Source of the DNA: a virus | Lineage: Duplodnaviria > Caudoviricetes | IMG/VR virus record: IMGVR_UViG_3300005512_000205 | Coordinates: 1 to 31,321 of that record | Length of the DNA: 31,321 nucleotides | Direction: 5' to 3' (one strand) | Shown: positions 16,060 to 24,503 of the stretch, piece after piece | Layout: every line of letters starts with the position of its first letter | How positions within the stretch are numbered: position 1 is the stretch's first letter | Position numbers and translations under genes: made by a program | The notes under the pieces: generated by a model | Told to the model about the DNA's origin: nothing | Databases searched by the model: none | Seen by the model: only the letters and a program-made list of their open reading frames with translations

Positions 16060-17343
16060 TTACATAATGTTTGTAACTTGAACTTTTCTGTAGTAAGTGT
16101 TTACGTTAGCAGTCAAAGCACCTAGTCCAGCAGTTGTTCCCTGTGCGAAAGGATTTGCAGTTAGACCATAACGTGTCTTAAATCCGATCTTAGGCTGGAA
16201 AGTGTTTTCACCAACCGCACGAACCATCTGTAGTGGAACGTATGGGCAGTAGAAAAGACCTGCATCATAAGGGGAAGTTCCCTTATATCCTACAACATAG
16301 AACTGTTTATCAGCAGAGTTTGCAGAATATGGGTCGATATACACTTTGTAGCGTCCGTTAAGAACACCAGCAAATGTGTTACCAGCATCGTCAACATTCA
16401 AGTTGTTGTTAAGAGCAGGGGTGTAGTCAAGAACACCAGCCATCTGAAGAGCAGACGCAACGTCAGACGAACAGATGATTGTGTTACCTTTTCCTCTACG
16501 AGTTTCTTGAGCGATTGCGTTTGCATCTCTCTCAACTTGGAACATAAGTCCTTTGAACTTCTCAACTGACCAACGGCCGTTTGAGTCAACATCCATGTCG
16601 AAGATACCAGCGTTTGCAGTATCGTTCTGAGCACCCTTCTTAGAAGTTACATAGATTGTTCTAATAACTTCACGGTTGATTTCTGCAAGAATTTCAGCAG
16701 AAAGGATATTTGCAAGTTCTGTCTCAGCGTCAAGACCATGAATTGCTTTAAGGTCTTGTGCAAGTTCCATTGTGTATTCTGCTTTTAGGGCACGAGACTT
16801 TGCAGTAACAGTTTGTTTCTCGATTGAGAATGCCATTTCTGCGAAAGAGTTACCAGCAGAATCACCAAGTGCTTCTGCAGCAGCGGTTGTCATACCAGTA
16901 CCATTGGTGTATGTGCCTGGAGAAGCATCGTTAAGAACAGCAGGGTTTGTGCCTGCATGAGTTCCAGTTCCAGAGAAGTCAGTGTCAGCTTCGTTGAACA
17001 TTGCTTCTGTGCCAGCTTGTGATGTGTAGCGTGAACGCATCGCAAAGATTAGTCCAGTTGGGCCTGTCATTGGTTGAACACCAGCAACATCATATGCGAT
17101 GAGGTTTGGCATTGAGCGTCTTACTAGTGAAATTAGGATCGGATCCCAATTATCAACAGAACCGCCCGTTGCGTTAGTTGGTGCAGCTTCGCCGAGGAAA
17201 CCTCTATCTTCACGAAGTGCTTTTTCTTGGTTTTCTAGGATAACAGTGGTTACAGCCTTACGATAAGAGTCTTTGATCTCTGGAAGATCGTTATGCTCTA
17301 GGACTGGCTGCCACTTTTCCTGTAGATGTTCTGTTTGGAACAT
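16060..17343 (-). CDS. gp23: Major capsid protein
   Basis: GVQPMTGPTGLIFAMRSRY, AKSRALKAEYTMELAQDLKAIHGLDAETEL, FYCPYVPL, FQPKIGFKTRYG. Confidence 0.99.
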   Translation of the reverse strand: MFQTEHLQEKWQPVLEHNDLPEIKDSYRKAVTTVILENQEKALREDRGFLGEAAPTNATGGSVDNWDPILISLVRRSMPNLIAYDVAGVQPMTGPTGLIFAMRSRYTSQAGTEAMFNEADTDFSGTGTHAGTNPAVLNDASPGTYTNGTGMTTAAAEALGDSAGNSFAEMAFSIEKQTVTAKSRALKAEYTMELAQDLKAIHGLDAETELANILSAEILAEINREVIRTIYVTSKKGAQNDTANAGIFDMDVDSNGRWSVEKFKGLMFQVERDANAIAQETRRGKGNTIICSSDVASALQMAGVLDYTPALNNNLNVDDAGNTFAGVLNGRYKVYIDPYSANSADKQFYVVGYKGTSPYDAGLFYCPYVPLQMVRAVGENTFQPKIGFKTRYGLTANPFAQGTTAGLGALTANVNTYYRKVQVTNIM

Positions 17344-17374
17344 TTCTATTTCTCCTTGTTGAGTTTTCTAATAA

Positions 17375-17382
17375 TATTTATA
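17375..17382 (-). promoter_or_regulatory. Late promoter for gp23
   Basis: TATAAATA followed by an AAGGAG SD. Confidence 0.85.
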
Positions 17383-17388
17383 AAAACC

Positions 17389-18624
17389 TTAGTTTTTAGC
17401 TCGCTTTACATTTTTACTAATGGCACTCATGTAAGCAGCCATAGCACCAGTTGTATCGTAAGATTCAGAACCATCTGATTCGGAATCTACAGATTCAGCG
17501 ACAGTTGTTGCTTTTGGGAAATAACTTTCCTTAAGCGTGTCAAGTTTACTTCTGAAAGTATCTTCATCAGTAAAGTCTACATCTTCTGCAAGAGATTTAA
17601 ACTTCTCTACCTCTGTATCAGCAAGGTCAGAAGCAACTTCTGCGAAGACACTCTCACGAACTAGTTGATCGTTCTGCTTCTTAATAGCAGCAGTCTTTTC
17701 AATTTGTTCATTGAGTTTTGCCTCTAGTTCATCAATCTTTTCAGACTGAGTTCCTAGTAGGTCATATTTCTCATCTGGAACATCAATATAATGTTCTTCA
17801 AAGAGAGATTTAAGGCCAGAAATGAAATCTTCAGCAATCTCGCCTTTGAGACCTCTTTCGATTGCAATTTCGTTCTCTTTCATCCACTCTTCTACAACAT
17901 AGTTCATGTATGCGTCAACTTTTTCAGTCAACTCATCACGCACTCTATTGATTTCTTCAGCGATTTCTTGAGTTTTTGACATCTCAATTCTTTCGACTTC
18001 AGAACGAAGTTTAGATTTAACAGCAGCTTCAAAAATTGTAGCAGCCTTATCTTTGAATTCTTCAGATAGATCTTCACCTTCTGTAAGTGCAGAAACATCT
18101 TCAGATACATCTACAGATGAAAGTCTTTCATCAAGAGTAGATTCATCGACTTTTGCAGCCTCTTCTTCTTTCTCTTCACCATAACCTTCACCGTTACACA
18201 TTGCTTCGTATGCAGCCTTGAGATCTTGGGCTTTCATGCTTTCCATCTTCTTCTGCATTTCAGCTTTCATCATCTCTTTTGTCATACGAGCTTCTTCTAG
18301 TTCCTCGCCATTGTGATCAACTTGATCGCCAGCAGCAAGAGGTTCTTGGATTTTAGTAGCAGACGGTTCACCGCCCTGTTCTCCGGCAGCACCTTTGGTT
18401 TGTGCATCAGAAGCTTTTTTCATCTTATCAGCAGATTTTGCTGAAGCAGACTCCTCTTCTGGTGTATTAGCACCGGCACCACCCAAGTCTTGGACTTCAC
18501 CCTCTACTTTTTCCATTGAGTCACCTTTAGCAGCACCCTTTTTTGGGGCATCCTGTGCAGCTTCTTCAAGCTCCGCAGCAACTTCTGCTTCTAGTTCCTC
18601 AATTGTCTTGTCTAGATCTGACAT
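17389..18624 (-). CDS. gp22: Prohead core scaffold protein
   Basis: Acidic coiled-coil; LSEEFKDKAATIFEAAV, YVVEEWMKENEIAIERGL, LKESYF. Confidence 0.95.
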   Translation of the reverse strand: MSDLDKTIEELEAEVAAELEEAAQDAPKKGAAKGDSMEKVEGEVQDLGGAGANTPEEESASAKSADKMKKASDAQTKGAAGEQGGEPSATKIQEPLAAGDQVDHNGEELEEARMTKEMMKAEMQKKMESMKAQDLKAAYEAMCNGEGYGEEKEEEAAKVDESTLDERLSSVDVSEDVSALTEGEDLSEEFKDKAATIFEAAVKSKLRSEVERIEMSKTQEIAEEINRVRDELTEKVDAYMNYVVEEWMKENEIAIERGLKGEIAEDFISGLKSLFEEHYIDVPDEKYDLLGTQSEKIDELEAKLNEQIEKTAAIKKQNDQLVRESVFAEVASDLADTEVEKFKSLAEDVDFTDEDTFRSKLDTLKESYFPKATTVAESVDSESDGSESYDTTGAMAAYMSAISKNVKRAKN

Positions 18625-18656
18625 TGGGATTTTCTCCTTGAGTTGTTATCTTAACA

Positions 18657-18664
18657 TATTTATA
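18657..18664 (-). promoter_or_regulatory. Late promoter for gp22
   Basis: TATAAATA followed by an AAGGAG SD. Confidence 0.8.
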
Positions 18665-18668
18665 ATGA

Positions 18669-19316
18669 TTAAAGTTTTGACAAGAACTTTGCAAATGCAA
18701 GTGCGGAAACTTTGTCGTTTCGGCGTCTTACACCTTCATTAATCTCATCTTTGATGTTTTGAATCTCTACTTCTTTAAGTAGTCCGTTATCCCAAACCCA
18801 CTCTTTACCTTCCATGATACCTTCAACGAAGGCCTGAGGTGCAGAAGGGTCTGCAACAATATCTGCCGCAGTGGCAAGATAAAAATCATCTTTCACATAG
18901 TTTGCACCACCTCTATTTTCAAGTGAACCCATGCCTCTTGAAGAGACACCAAGTTTACCACCATCTTTGATTAGTGCTTTCGCAATTTCCCCCATTGGAG
19001 TAGAGAGCAGTTTCGCCTCACCAATAAAGTTCTTTCCATCCGCTTCCAGTTTTGTGATCATGTGCGATACTCTGTCAAGATTGACAGTGGGGCCTTCTGG
19101 ATGTCCAAGTTCCCCGAAAGCACGACCTTCAGCAACAAATTCTTTGTTATAACGTGCAACTTCTTTTGTCAACACGTTCATTGGGTAGACACGACCATTA
19201 CGGTTTTTCATGTCTGCCTGCATGAAGATTCCACGAATCTTCATATCCTTTCCACCACCGTCTTTTTCTTCAACGATGTATTCTACTTCTTGTATCTGTT
19301 CTGCAATAAGTTTCAT
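18669..19316 (-). CDS. gp21: Prohead protease
   Basis: GIFMQADMKNRNGRVYP, GELGHP, GVSSRGMGSL, DIVADPSAPQAFV. Confidence 0.97.
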   Translation of the reverse strand: MKLIAEQIQEVEYIVEEKDGGGKDMKIRGIFMQADMKNRNGRVYPMNVLTKEVARYNKEFVAEGRAFGELGHPEGPTVNLDRVSHMITKLEADGKNFIGEAKLLSTPMGEIAKALIKDGGKLGVSSRGMGSLENRGGANYVKDDFYLATAADIVADPSAPQAFVEGIMEGKEWVWDNGLLKEVEIQNIKDEINEGVRRRNDKVSALAFAKFLSKL

Positions 19317-19319
19317 ATC

Positions 19320-19568
19320 TTAATACCCCGCATTTGTGATTGCTGTTCCCTTTAGGGTAGATGCACCACGAAGTCCTTGTCCAGTATTCATATGAATTAC
19401 AATACCAGCTCCAGCACCCACATAAATTGTGCCAACATCACCATCGTCAGCAGCATTACGGACTGTAACTACTTGTGCAGAACCAGTGTTAAATACCCAC
19501 ACCGCCGCATCATCTACAAATTTTGTAGTTCCAGTTGCGAGGTCGGTTGCTGTTCCCTTTACTTGCAT
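19320..19568 (-). CDS. Small beta-rich hypothetical protein in the head operon (probable virion protein)
   Basis: 82 aa, rich in G/A/T/V; AGGA SD before ATG 19568; tightly packed between gp68 and gp21. Confidence 0.7.
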   Translation of the reverse strand: MQVKGTATDLATGTTKFVDDAAVWVFNTGSAQVVTVRNAADDGDVGTIYVGAGAGIVIHMNTGQGLRGASTLKGTAITNAGY

Positions 19569-19578
19569 TTTACTTTTC

Positions 19579-19827
19579 CTAAATTGATAATACTTCTGCC
19601 TCAAAGTAGTCCATCAACTTATTTGGCGGAACTTTATACTTCTTTGAAACACTATTTATAGTTTTGTCAAAAGTATTTAGGAAATCTGAAGGTTTAGACT
19701 CCATTTCCTTAAAAATAGCATCAACAGCACTCTTCATCTTAGGAGATAATTTCTTATACTCCTTAGATGTCTTATGCTCATCTTTTTCTGGTAACTCTTT
19801 ATAGAGTTCAGAAATCGTCTTACTCAC
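19579..19827 (-). CDS. gp68: Prohead core protein (gp68 position)
   Basis: Synteny (second small gene after portal); GTG start; charged helical sequence. Confidence 0.55.
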   Translation of the reverse strand: MSKTISELYKELPEKDEHKTSKEYKKLSPKMKSAVDAIFKEMESKPSDFLNTFDKTINSVSKKYKVPPNKLMDYFEAEVLSI

Positions 19828-20005
19828 TATCTTCTTCTACCTCTGGAATATGATGTGTAACGAATGTTTTCGCAACATCTTGTCTTTTTGTTTCTAGTGC
19901 ATCACCAACTTTAGCTGCAAGAGCATTATTAAAGTGTGTTTCTGCGGCAAGGTTATCACCATTTGCAATAGAGTCTACAAAATCTCTTACTATATTTTCC
20001 ATCAT
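19820..20005 (-). CDS. gp67: Prohead core protein (gp67-like)
   Basis: Small acidic protein right after the portal: DFVDSIANGDNLAAETHFNNALAAKVGDALE. Confidence 0.7.
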   Translation of the reverse strand: MMENIVRDFVDSIANGDNLAAETHFNNALAAKVGDALETKRQDVAKTFVTHHIPEVEEDSE

Positions 20006-21537
20006 TTATCTCCTTTTGTTGGATCATTCTGTGCGAACATACCATCATCCTGACCCATTGGATCAGCACCCATATCTCCGCCTGACTCATCCTTAATCTG
20101 GTTGTCAATTTCTTCAATCTCTTCATCAGACATTCTTAGAACATTCTTTCTCACATATTCTTTAGAGAAGTATGTTCCTACATAACTTTCAATCTGACCC
20201 AACATATCAATGCGGTTCTGTAAAATTTCTGCATTTTTTAGCTCAGTAAAGTGTCCATCTTGCATGAAGTCAAATTGAAGATGTTCTTTAATTGTATTCC
20301 ACTCTTCTTCTGCAATAACGCCTTTTAGAATAAGTTGTGTTCTCAACATATCCATAAACATTACTGTAAACTTTTTACGAAGTTTTTGGACAAATTTAGT
20401 AAACTTTAATTCGTCACGAGTAATGTTATCAGAACGACCAATAGAGAATGAGTTTTCTGCTTCTAGTCTTGAGATAGGAACATTAAGTGAACGATACAAT
20501 TTCTGTTGGAAGTATTTTATGTCATCAATCTCTCCCAAGTTTGAACCGCCCGGCAGAGTAGTAATCTCTGTTCCTCTACCACCTTCTCTACGAGGTAGCC
20601 AGAAATCTTCCAACATTGACATATGATTTCTATCGTCACGAATTTCACCAGTTCGTGCATCATACACCAACTTGTTTCTATAACGATTCATCACATCTTT
20701 AAGATATGCTTCTGCCTTTACTTTAGGCAAGTTACCAACATCAATGTAGAAAATTCTACGCTCAGGCGCACGAGAGATACGATAAATAACCAACGCATCT
20801 TCAATCATACGCAACTGATTGACAGGTTTGATCGCTTTATGTAGATAAGAAAGCACAGTTCCTTTGTGCATATCTACAAGTCCAGAAGGACAATATGTTA
20901 TTGAGTCAGCAGTAATCTTAATACCACTGGATGTTCCTGTGTTTTGATCAAGTCCTTTATCATTGTATAGATAAAAGTCCTCAATCTTTTTAACTAAATC
21001 CAAACCAGTTTTTGGATCTTTTTCTTTTCTTTGTTCCCTCACCTTTTTAATCTTGCGAGGGTCGATATATCTTACTTCCTTAATACCTTTTCTTGGTGAC
21101 TTTGTATCAATAATTTTATGATAGTAAATGCGTCCATCAACATACCATCTTCTAAAGATGTCATGTCCTTTTGCATTAAAGTCGAGCAAACGCAATACCT
21201 CATCGAACTCATCTCTGATTTTCGATTTGATATTTGCAGAAAGTTCTAGTCTGTCGAGGGAAATAGATACTGATTGTCCTCTTTCATCAGAGACAATCGC
21301 TTCATTCGCAATATCTTCAACCGCACTATCACACTCTGGTTGTTGTGCAATATCTCTATATCTGCGAATTAAGTCAAGTTCATTCCGATCACGGCCATCC
21401 ATATCAAGGATAGACGCATAGTGTCCACCACCCGATACAATGTCAAGTGTGCCATCGTCAGTAGAGGGAGCAGTGAATCCATCACTACTCCCACTCTGAT
21501 TCGCCCTTGTGATTCTGAAACCAAAAAGTTCAGCCAT
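20002..21537 (-). CDS. gp20: Portal protein
   Basis: MAELFGF, FRRWYVDGR, IYRISRAPERRIFYIDVGNLPK, EDFWLPRREGGRGTEITTLPGG. Confidence 0.99.
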   Translation of the reverse strand: MAELFGFRITRANQSGSSDGFTAPSTDDGTLDIVSGGGHYASILDMDGRDRNELDLIRRYRDIAQQPECDSAVEDIANEAIVSDERGQSVSISLDRLELSANIKSKIRDEFDEVLRLLDFNAKGHDIFRRWYVDGRIYYHKIIDTKSPRKGIKEVRYIDPRKIKKVREQRKEKDPKTGLDLVKKIEDFYLYNDKGLDQNTGTSSGIKITADSITYCPSGLVDMHKGTVLSYLHKAIKPVNQLRMIEDALVIYRISRAPERRIFYIDVGNLPKVKAEAYLKDVMNRYRNKLVYDARTGEIRDDRNHMSMLEDFWLPRREGGRGTEITTLPGGSNLGEIDDIKYFQQKLYRSLNVPISRLEAENSFSIGRSDNITRDELKFTKFVQKLRKKFTVMFMDMLRTQLILKGVIAEEEWNTIKEHLQFDFMQDGHFTELKNAEILQNRIDMLGQIESYVGTYFSKEYVRKNVLRMSDEEIEEIDNQIKDESGGDMGADPMGQDDGMFAQNDPTKGDK

Positions 21538-21547
21538 ACTATAGTTC

Positions 21548-21589
21548 TCCTAGTTTTACCCAACTATTTAGTCGGATTGTAAAACTGGA
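21548..21589 (-). promoter_or_regulatory. Late promoter variant CTAAATA inside a hairpin that overlaps the portal SD
   Basis: UCC-AGUUUUAC-aau-CCGACU-aaau-AGUUGG-GUAAAACU-a-GGA; the 3' arm includes GGA of the AGGAG SD. Confidence 0.6.
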
Positions 21590-22114
21590 TTAGACACCAA
21601 CAGATGTAAAGTGCGTATAACGCCAAGTTACATCAAAGGTCTCTACCTCACTTACGGTATCGTAAGAAAGTTCAATTGGAGCAACTACTGTTGGCCAACA
21701 GTTTCTAAGAATATACTGTTTCAACACTTGGTCATCTCTGTCCAACTGTTGGATTGTCATTTGTGCAACATAATCGCTGACATCGTTAAGTCCAGTATTT
21801 TCATCTAGATCATTGATACCGTTCATCCATCTTTCCATAGCGTTACGCACCATAAAGTCCGTATCGTTAATGATTGTGGTTGTCCATGTTTCAAATGTTC
21901 TGTCACCAGCAAGGAATAGTTGTCTTCCTCTGAAGTTTACAGGGATTTCTGTAATTGTTTGTCCTGGCAATGAAGTTGCCTTTACCAAAAACGATGTTCT
22001 AGCAGAGTCCAAACCAGTAAAGATTGTGTTTGGAGTCGTTAAGATAGCACGATATTGGTTAGCACGAGCGCCGCCACCAGCGATCATTGCCTTGAAGTCG
22101 TCAATACTAGCCAT
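21590..22114 (-). CDS. gp19: Tail tube protein
   Basis: GGGARAN, LPG, FRGRQLFLAGDRTFETWTTTIINDTDF, QLDR, WPT. Confidence 0.97.
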   Translation of the reverse strand: MASIDDFKAMIAGGGARANQYRAILTTPNTIFTGLDSARTSFLVKATSLPGQTITEIPVNFRGRQLFLAGDRTFETWTTTIINDTDFMVRNAMERWMNGINDLDENTGLNDVSDYVAQMTIQQLDRDDQVLKQYILRNCWPTVVAPIELSYDTVSEVETFDVTWRYTHFTSVGV

Positions 22115-22116
22115 GA

Positions 22117-24066
22117 TTATCCTCCTATCTCACTAAACGACACTCCAGTTCTCACTGCAATGAAGTTGAGTGTGATGTAGTTGATTGAGCGAGCAGGTTT
22201 GATGTAAATGTCACCAACAAACTCATTTCTATCAATTACTTCACCAGTGTTATTTGTTTCATCACAAATTACTGAAAAGTCTGTGATACCTCTCCGTCCT
22301 TGAACATCTCTCAAGAATGGTTCTACCAAGTTCTTAAACTGTGCCTGTGTGAATGGATCGTTGAATTCAAACAGTTGGAACTTAGCAGCGGTTGCAATTG
22401 CCTTCTCAAGAACAAGGAACAATCTGCGAACATTAATTCTGTCAAATGCACTTGGTCTAGAAAGCGCAGTCTTGTCTCCGAAGAGAACTGTGCCTTGGCC
22501 AGGGAATGTGCATACAGGATTAATGCGAGCAGGATAAAGAATATCTCTTTGTCCTTTTGTTGGGTTGAATGCAAGTTTAACTGCACCACGAACTTGTCCT
22601 CTGTTGTAACCCGCTGGTGAGAACCAAGGGTCTGCAACATTGTCTGTGTTTGCAGCAAGTCCAGCAATATCACCGTTCAATGGAACAAATCTGTAGACAT
22701 CATTGTATCTGTCATACATATATTTGTATCCACTGTCAAATACTGCATAAGAAGAACTTGCGAGTTGATCGAAGAACCCTTTAACATTATTTGTTTGTGT
22801 AATACCACTTGTAACACCAACCACATCAGCTCTACGAGGTGAAATGAAACCTACGCAATCCTTACGTCCTTCACAAAGGTCGATAATCATGGTTGCGTGT
22901 GTAACACCATCTGTTCCAGTAGGACAAGAACCTGCCATTACTAGGTTGATGTCTGTTGTATCTGGATCTGCAAACAATTGATATGCAGTATCTAGTTCAC
23001 CGATTGTAGGTGTATCATCTGTTCCACCAGAAAGTGAAGATGTTAGAACACCAGCATCACCAGAACCAGAAGCATATGTAGAACCAGAAGTAATGTCTGT
23101 TCCAGCATTTGTTAGGGATGCATCGTGATCCATCCAACGAACATAGTTAGAACCAACATTTACAACATTTGCGTAAAAGTTTGAACTTCCTTGTGGTGTT
23201 TTAGCAGAAGCAGCCTGTGAAACGAAAGCAAATGTTTCGATTACAGCATTTCCTCTTTGACCAGCAAGATCTGCATCAAAACCTGTTAGACCACCAGTAT
23301 AATCGAATACAACAATGTGCATCTCATCACCAGAAATTCCTTTTGATGTTGCCCATGTTGATGTGCCAGGCGCACCATCGAATAAGTCATAGAACTTCCA
23401 GCGTCTACGAATTGCAGTTCCGTCAGCGATAATAGATTTAATACCACCACCGTTAGGGTTGTCTAGTTGACGAACTGTTAGGTCATTTGTTGAAATTCCA
23501 GTAACTTCATACTGTTGTCCGTCAGCTTCTTGGAGGTATACGATGTCACCAACAAGAAACTCTGTTCCATCATCAACTGTGACTGTTGTGTCACCAACTG
23601 CAAGAGCACCATCTGTCAATGAAGTGGTTGTTTGTTCGTATGCAGTCGCAGATGCACAAATTGATACGCCAAGAGCGTTACCATATGTGCCTGGGAACTT
23701 TGCAGCCCAGTTTCCTACTGAACCTTGTCCAGCAGCATAATTGTTTTCATAATCATCATTATTCTTAATCTTCAGACCAGTTCCATCAGCCGTAGCGTTG
23801 ACTGCAGCGGTATCTGCACGAACAACACGAAGGCCATTGGTATACTGAAGAAAGTTGGCGGCGGTGAACCAAGACTCAAAGTTAGTTGAGTTAGGTTTAC
23901 CAAAAACTTGAACAAGTTCTGCTTCTGAACCAATCGGAATGATTTCTTCTACTGGGCCTTGTGAAAAGTCACCAGCAATCGCACCGATTGAAGTTGCAAC
24001 AGCAGGAACAACATTGGTCAAGTCAATCTCTTTAACGAGAACGCCAGGGGATACTTGAAATGCCAT
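22117..24066 (-). CDS. gp18: Tail sheath protein
   Basis: SPGVLVKEIDLT, PWFSPAGYNRG, AFDRINVRRLF, IYIKPARSINYITLNF. Confidence 0.98.
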   Translation of the reverse strand: MAFQVSPGVLVKEIDLTNVVPAVATSIGAIAGDFSQGPVEEIIPIGSEAELVQVFGKPNSTNFESWFTAANFLQYTNGLRVVRADTAAVNATADGTGLKIKNNDDYENNYAAGQGSVGNWAAKFPGTYGNALGVSICASATAYEQTTTSLTDGALAVGDTTVTVDDGTEFLVGDIVYLQEADGQQYEVTGISTNDLTVRQLDNPNGGGIKSIIADGTAIRRRWKFYDLFDGAPGTSTWATSKGISGDEMHIVVFDYTGGLTGFDADLAGQRGNAVIETFAFVSQAASAKTPQGSSNFYANVVNVGSNYVRWMDHDASLTNAGTDITSGSTYASGSGDAGVLTSSLSGGTDDTPTIGELDTAYQLFADPDTTDINLVMAGSCPTGTDGVTHATMIIDLCEGRKDCVGFISPRRADVVGVTSGITQTNNVKGFFDQLASSSYAVFDSGYKYMYDRYNDVYRFVPLNGDIAGLAANTDNVADPWFSPAGYNRGQVRGAVKLAFNPTKGQRDILYPARINPVCTFPGQGTVLFGDKTALSRPSAFDRINVRRLFLVLEKAIATAAKFQLFEFNDPFTQAQFKNLVEPFLRDVQGRRGITDFSVICDETNNTGEVIDRNEFVGDIYIKPARSINYITLNFIAVRTGVSFSEIGG

Positions 24067-24126
24067 CTCTGTTTCTCCTTTATGGATTCATTATAATAGG
24101 TTTGTGTTTCCTCAAACTTACGAATA

Positions 24127-24134
24127 TATTTATA
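24127..24134 (-). promoter_or_regulatory. Late promoter for gp18
   Basis: TATAAATA. Confidence 0.8.
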
Positions 24135-24176
24135 AAAAGGGTATTCTTCACACCATTTTTTATAGGTTAGGCAGCA

Positions 24177-24184
24177 CATAAATA
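24177..24184 (+). promoter_or_regulatory. Late promoter variant for the plus-strand HNH-like gene
   Basis: CATAAATA 5 nt before ATG 24190. Confidence 0.55.
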
Positions 24185-24189
24185 AATGT

Positions 24190-24489
24190 ATGTCGGAGCA
24201 TTATCAGAAATACAAAAGCACCATAAAGAAGGTATCCCAAAGAAACTACAGGAAACGCAAGATATGGGTTAATCAATATCTTGGTAACAAAGTCTGTGGT
24301 TACTGTGGGGAATCTGAAACCGCCTGTCTCCAATTTCACCCTCACGAGAGGGAAATCCGTAAACTAACAAAAAGAAAAGGATTGAATGAAGAATCTAGAA
24401 CCGAAGTTGTAGGTTTAATAAATCAATCCAAAGTCGTTTGTGCAAACTGCTTTCTAAAGTTAGAGAACGATATTATTGATATTATGTAG
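24190..24489 (+). CDS. HNH-like zinc-finger protein with a degenerate nuclease motif
   Basis: Basic N-terminus, CGYCGE..LQFHPH..VVCANCF; fills the gap between gp18 and gp17. Confidence 0.72.
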   Translation: MSEHYQKYKSTIKKVSQRNYRKRKIWVNQYLGNKVCGYCGESETACLQFHPHEREIRKLTKRKGLNEESRTEVVGLINQSKVVCANCFLKLENDIIDIM

Positions 24490-24503
24490 GGTTTTAAAGT
24501 TTT

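Noticed and set aside
24160-24345. 61-aa hydrophobic minus-strand ORF as a membrane protein or holin
   Set aside because: It is antisense to the better-supported HNH-like gene; its hydrophobicity follows from the A-rich opposite strand.
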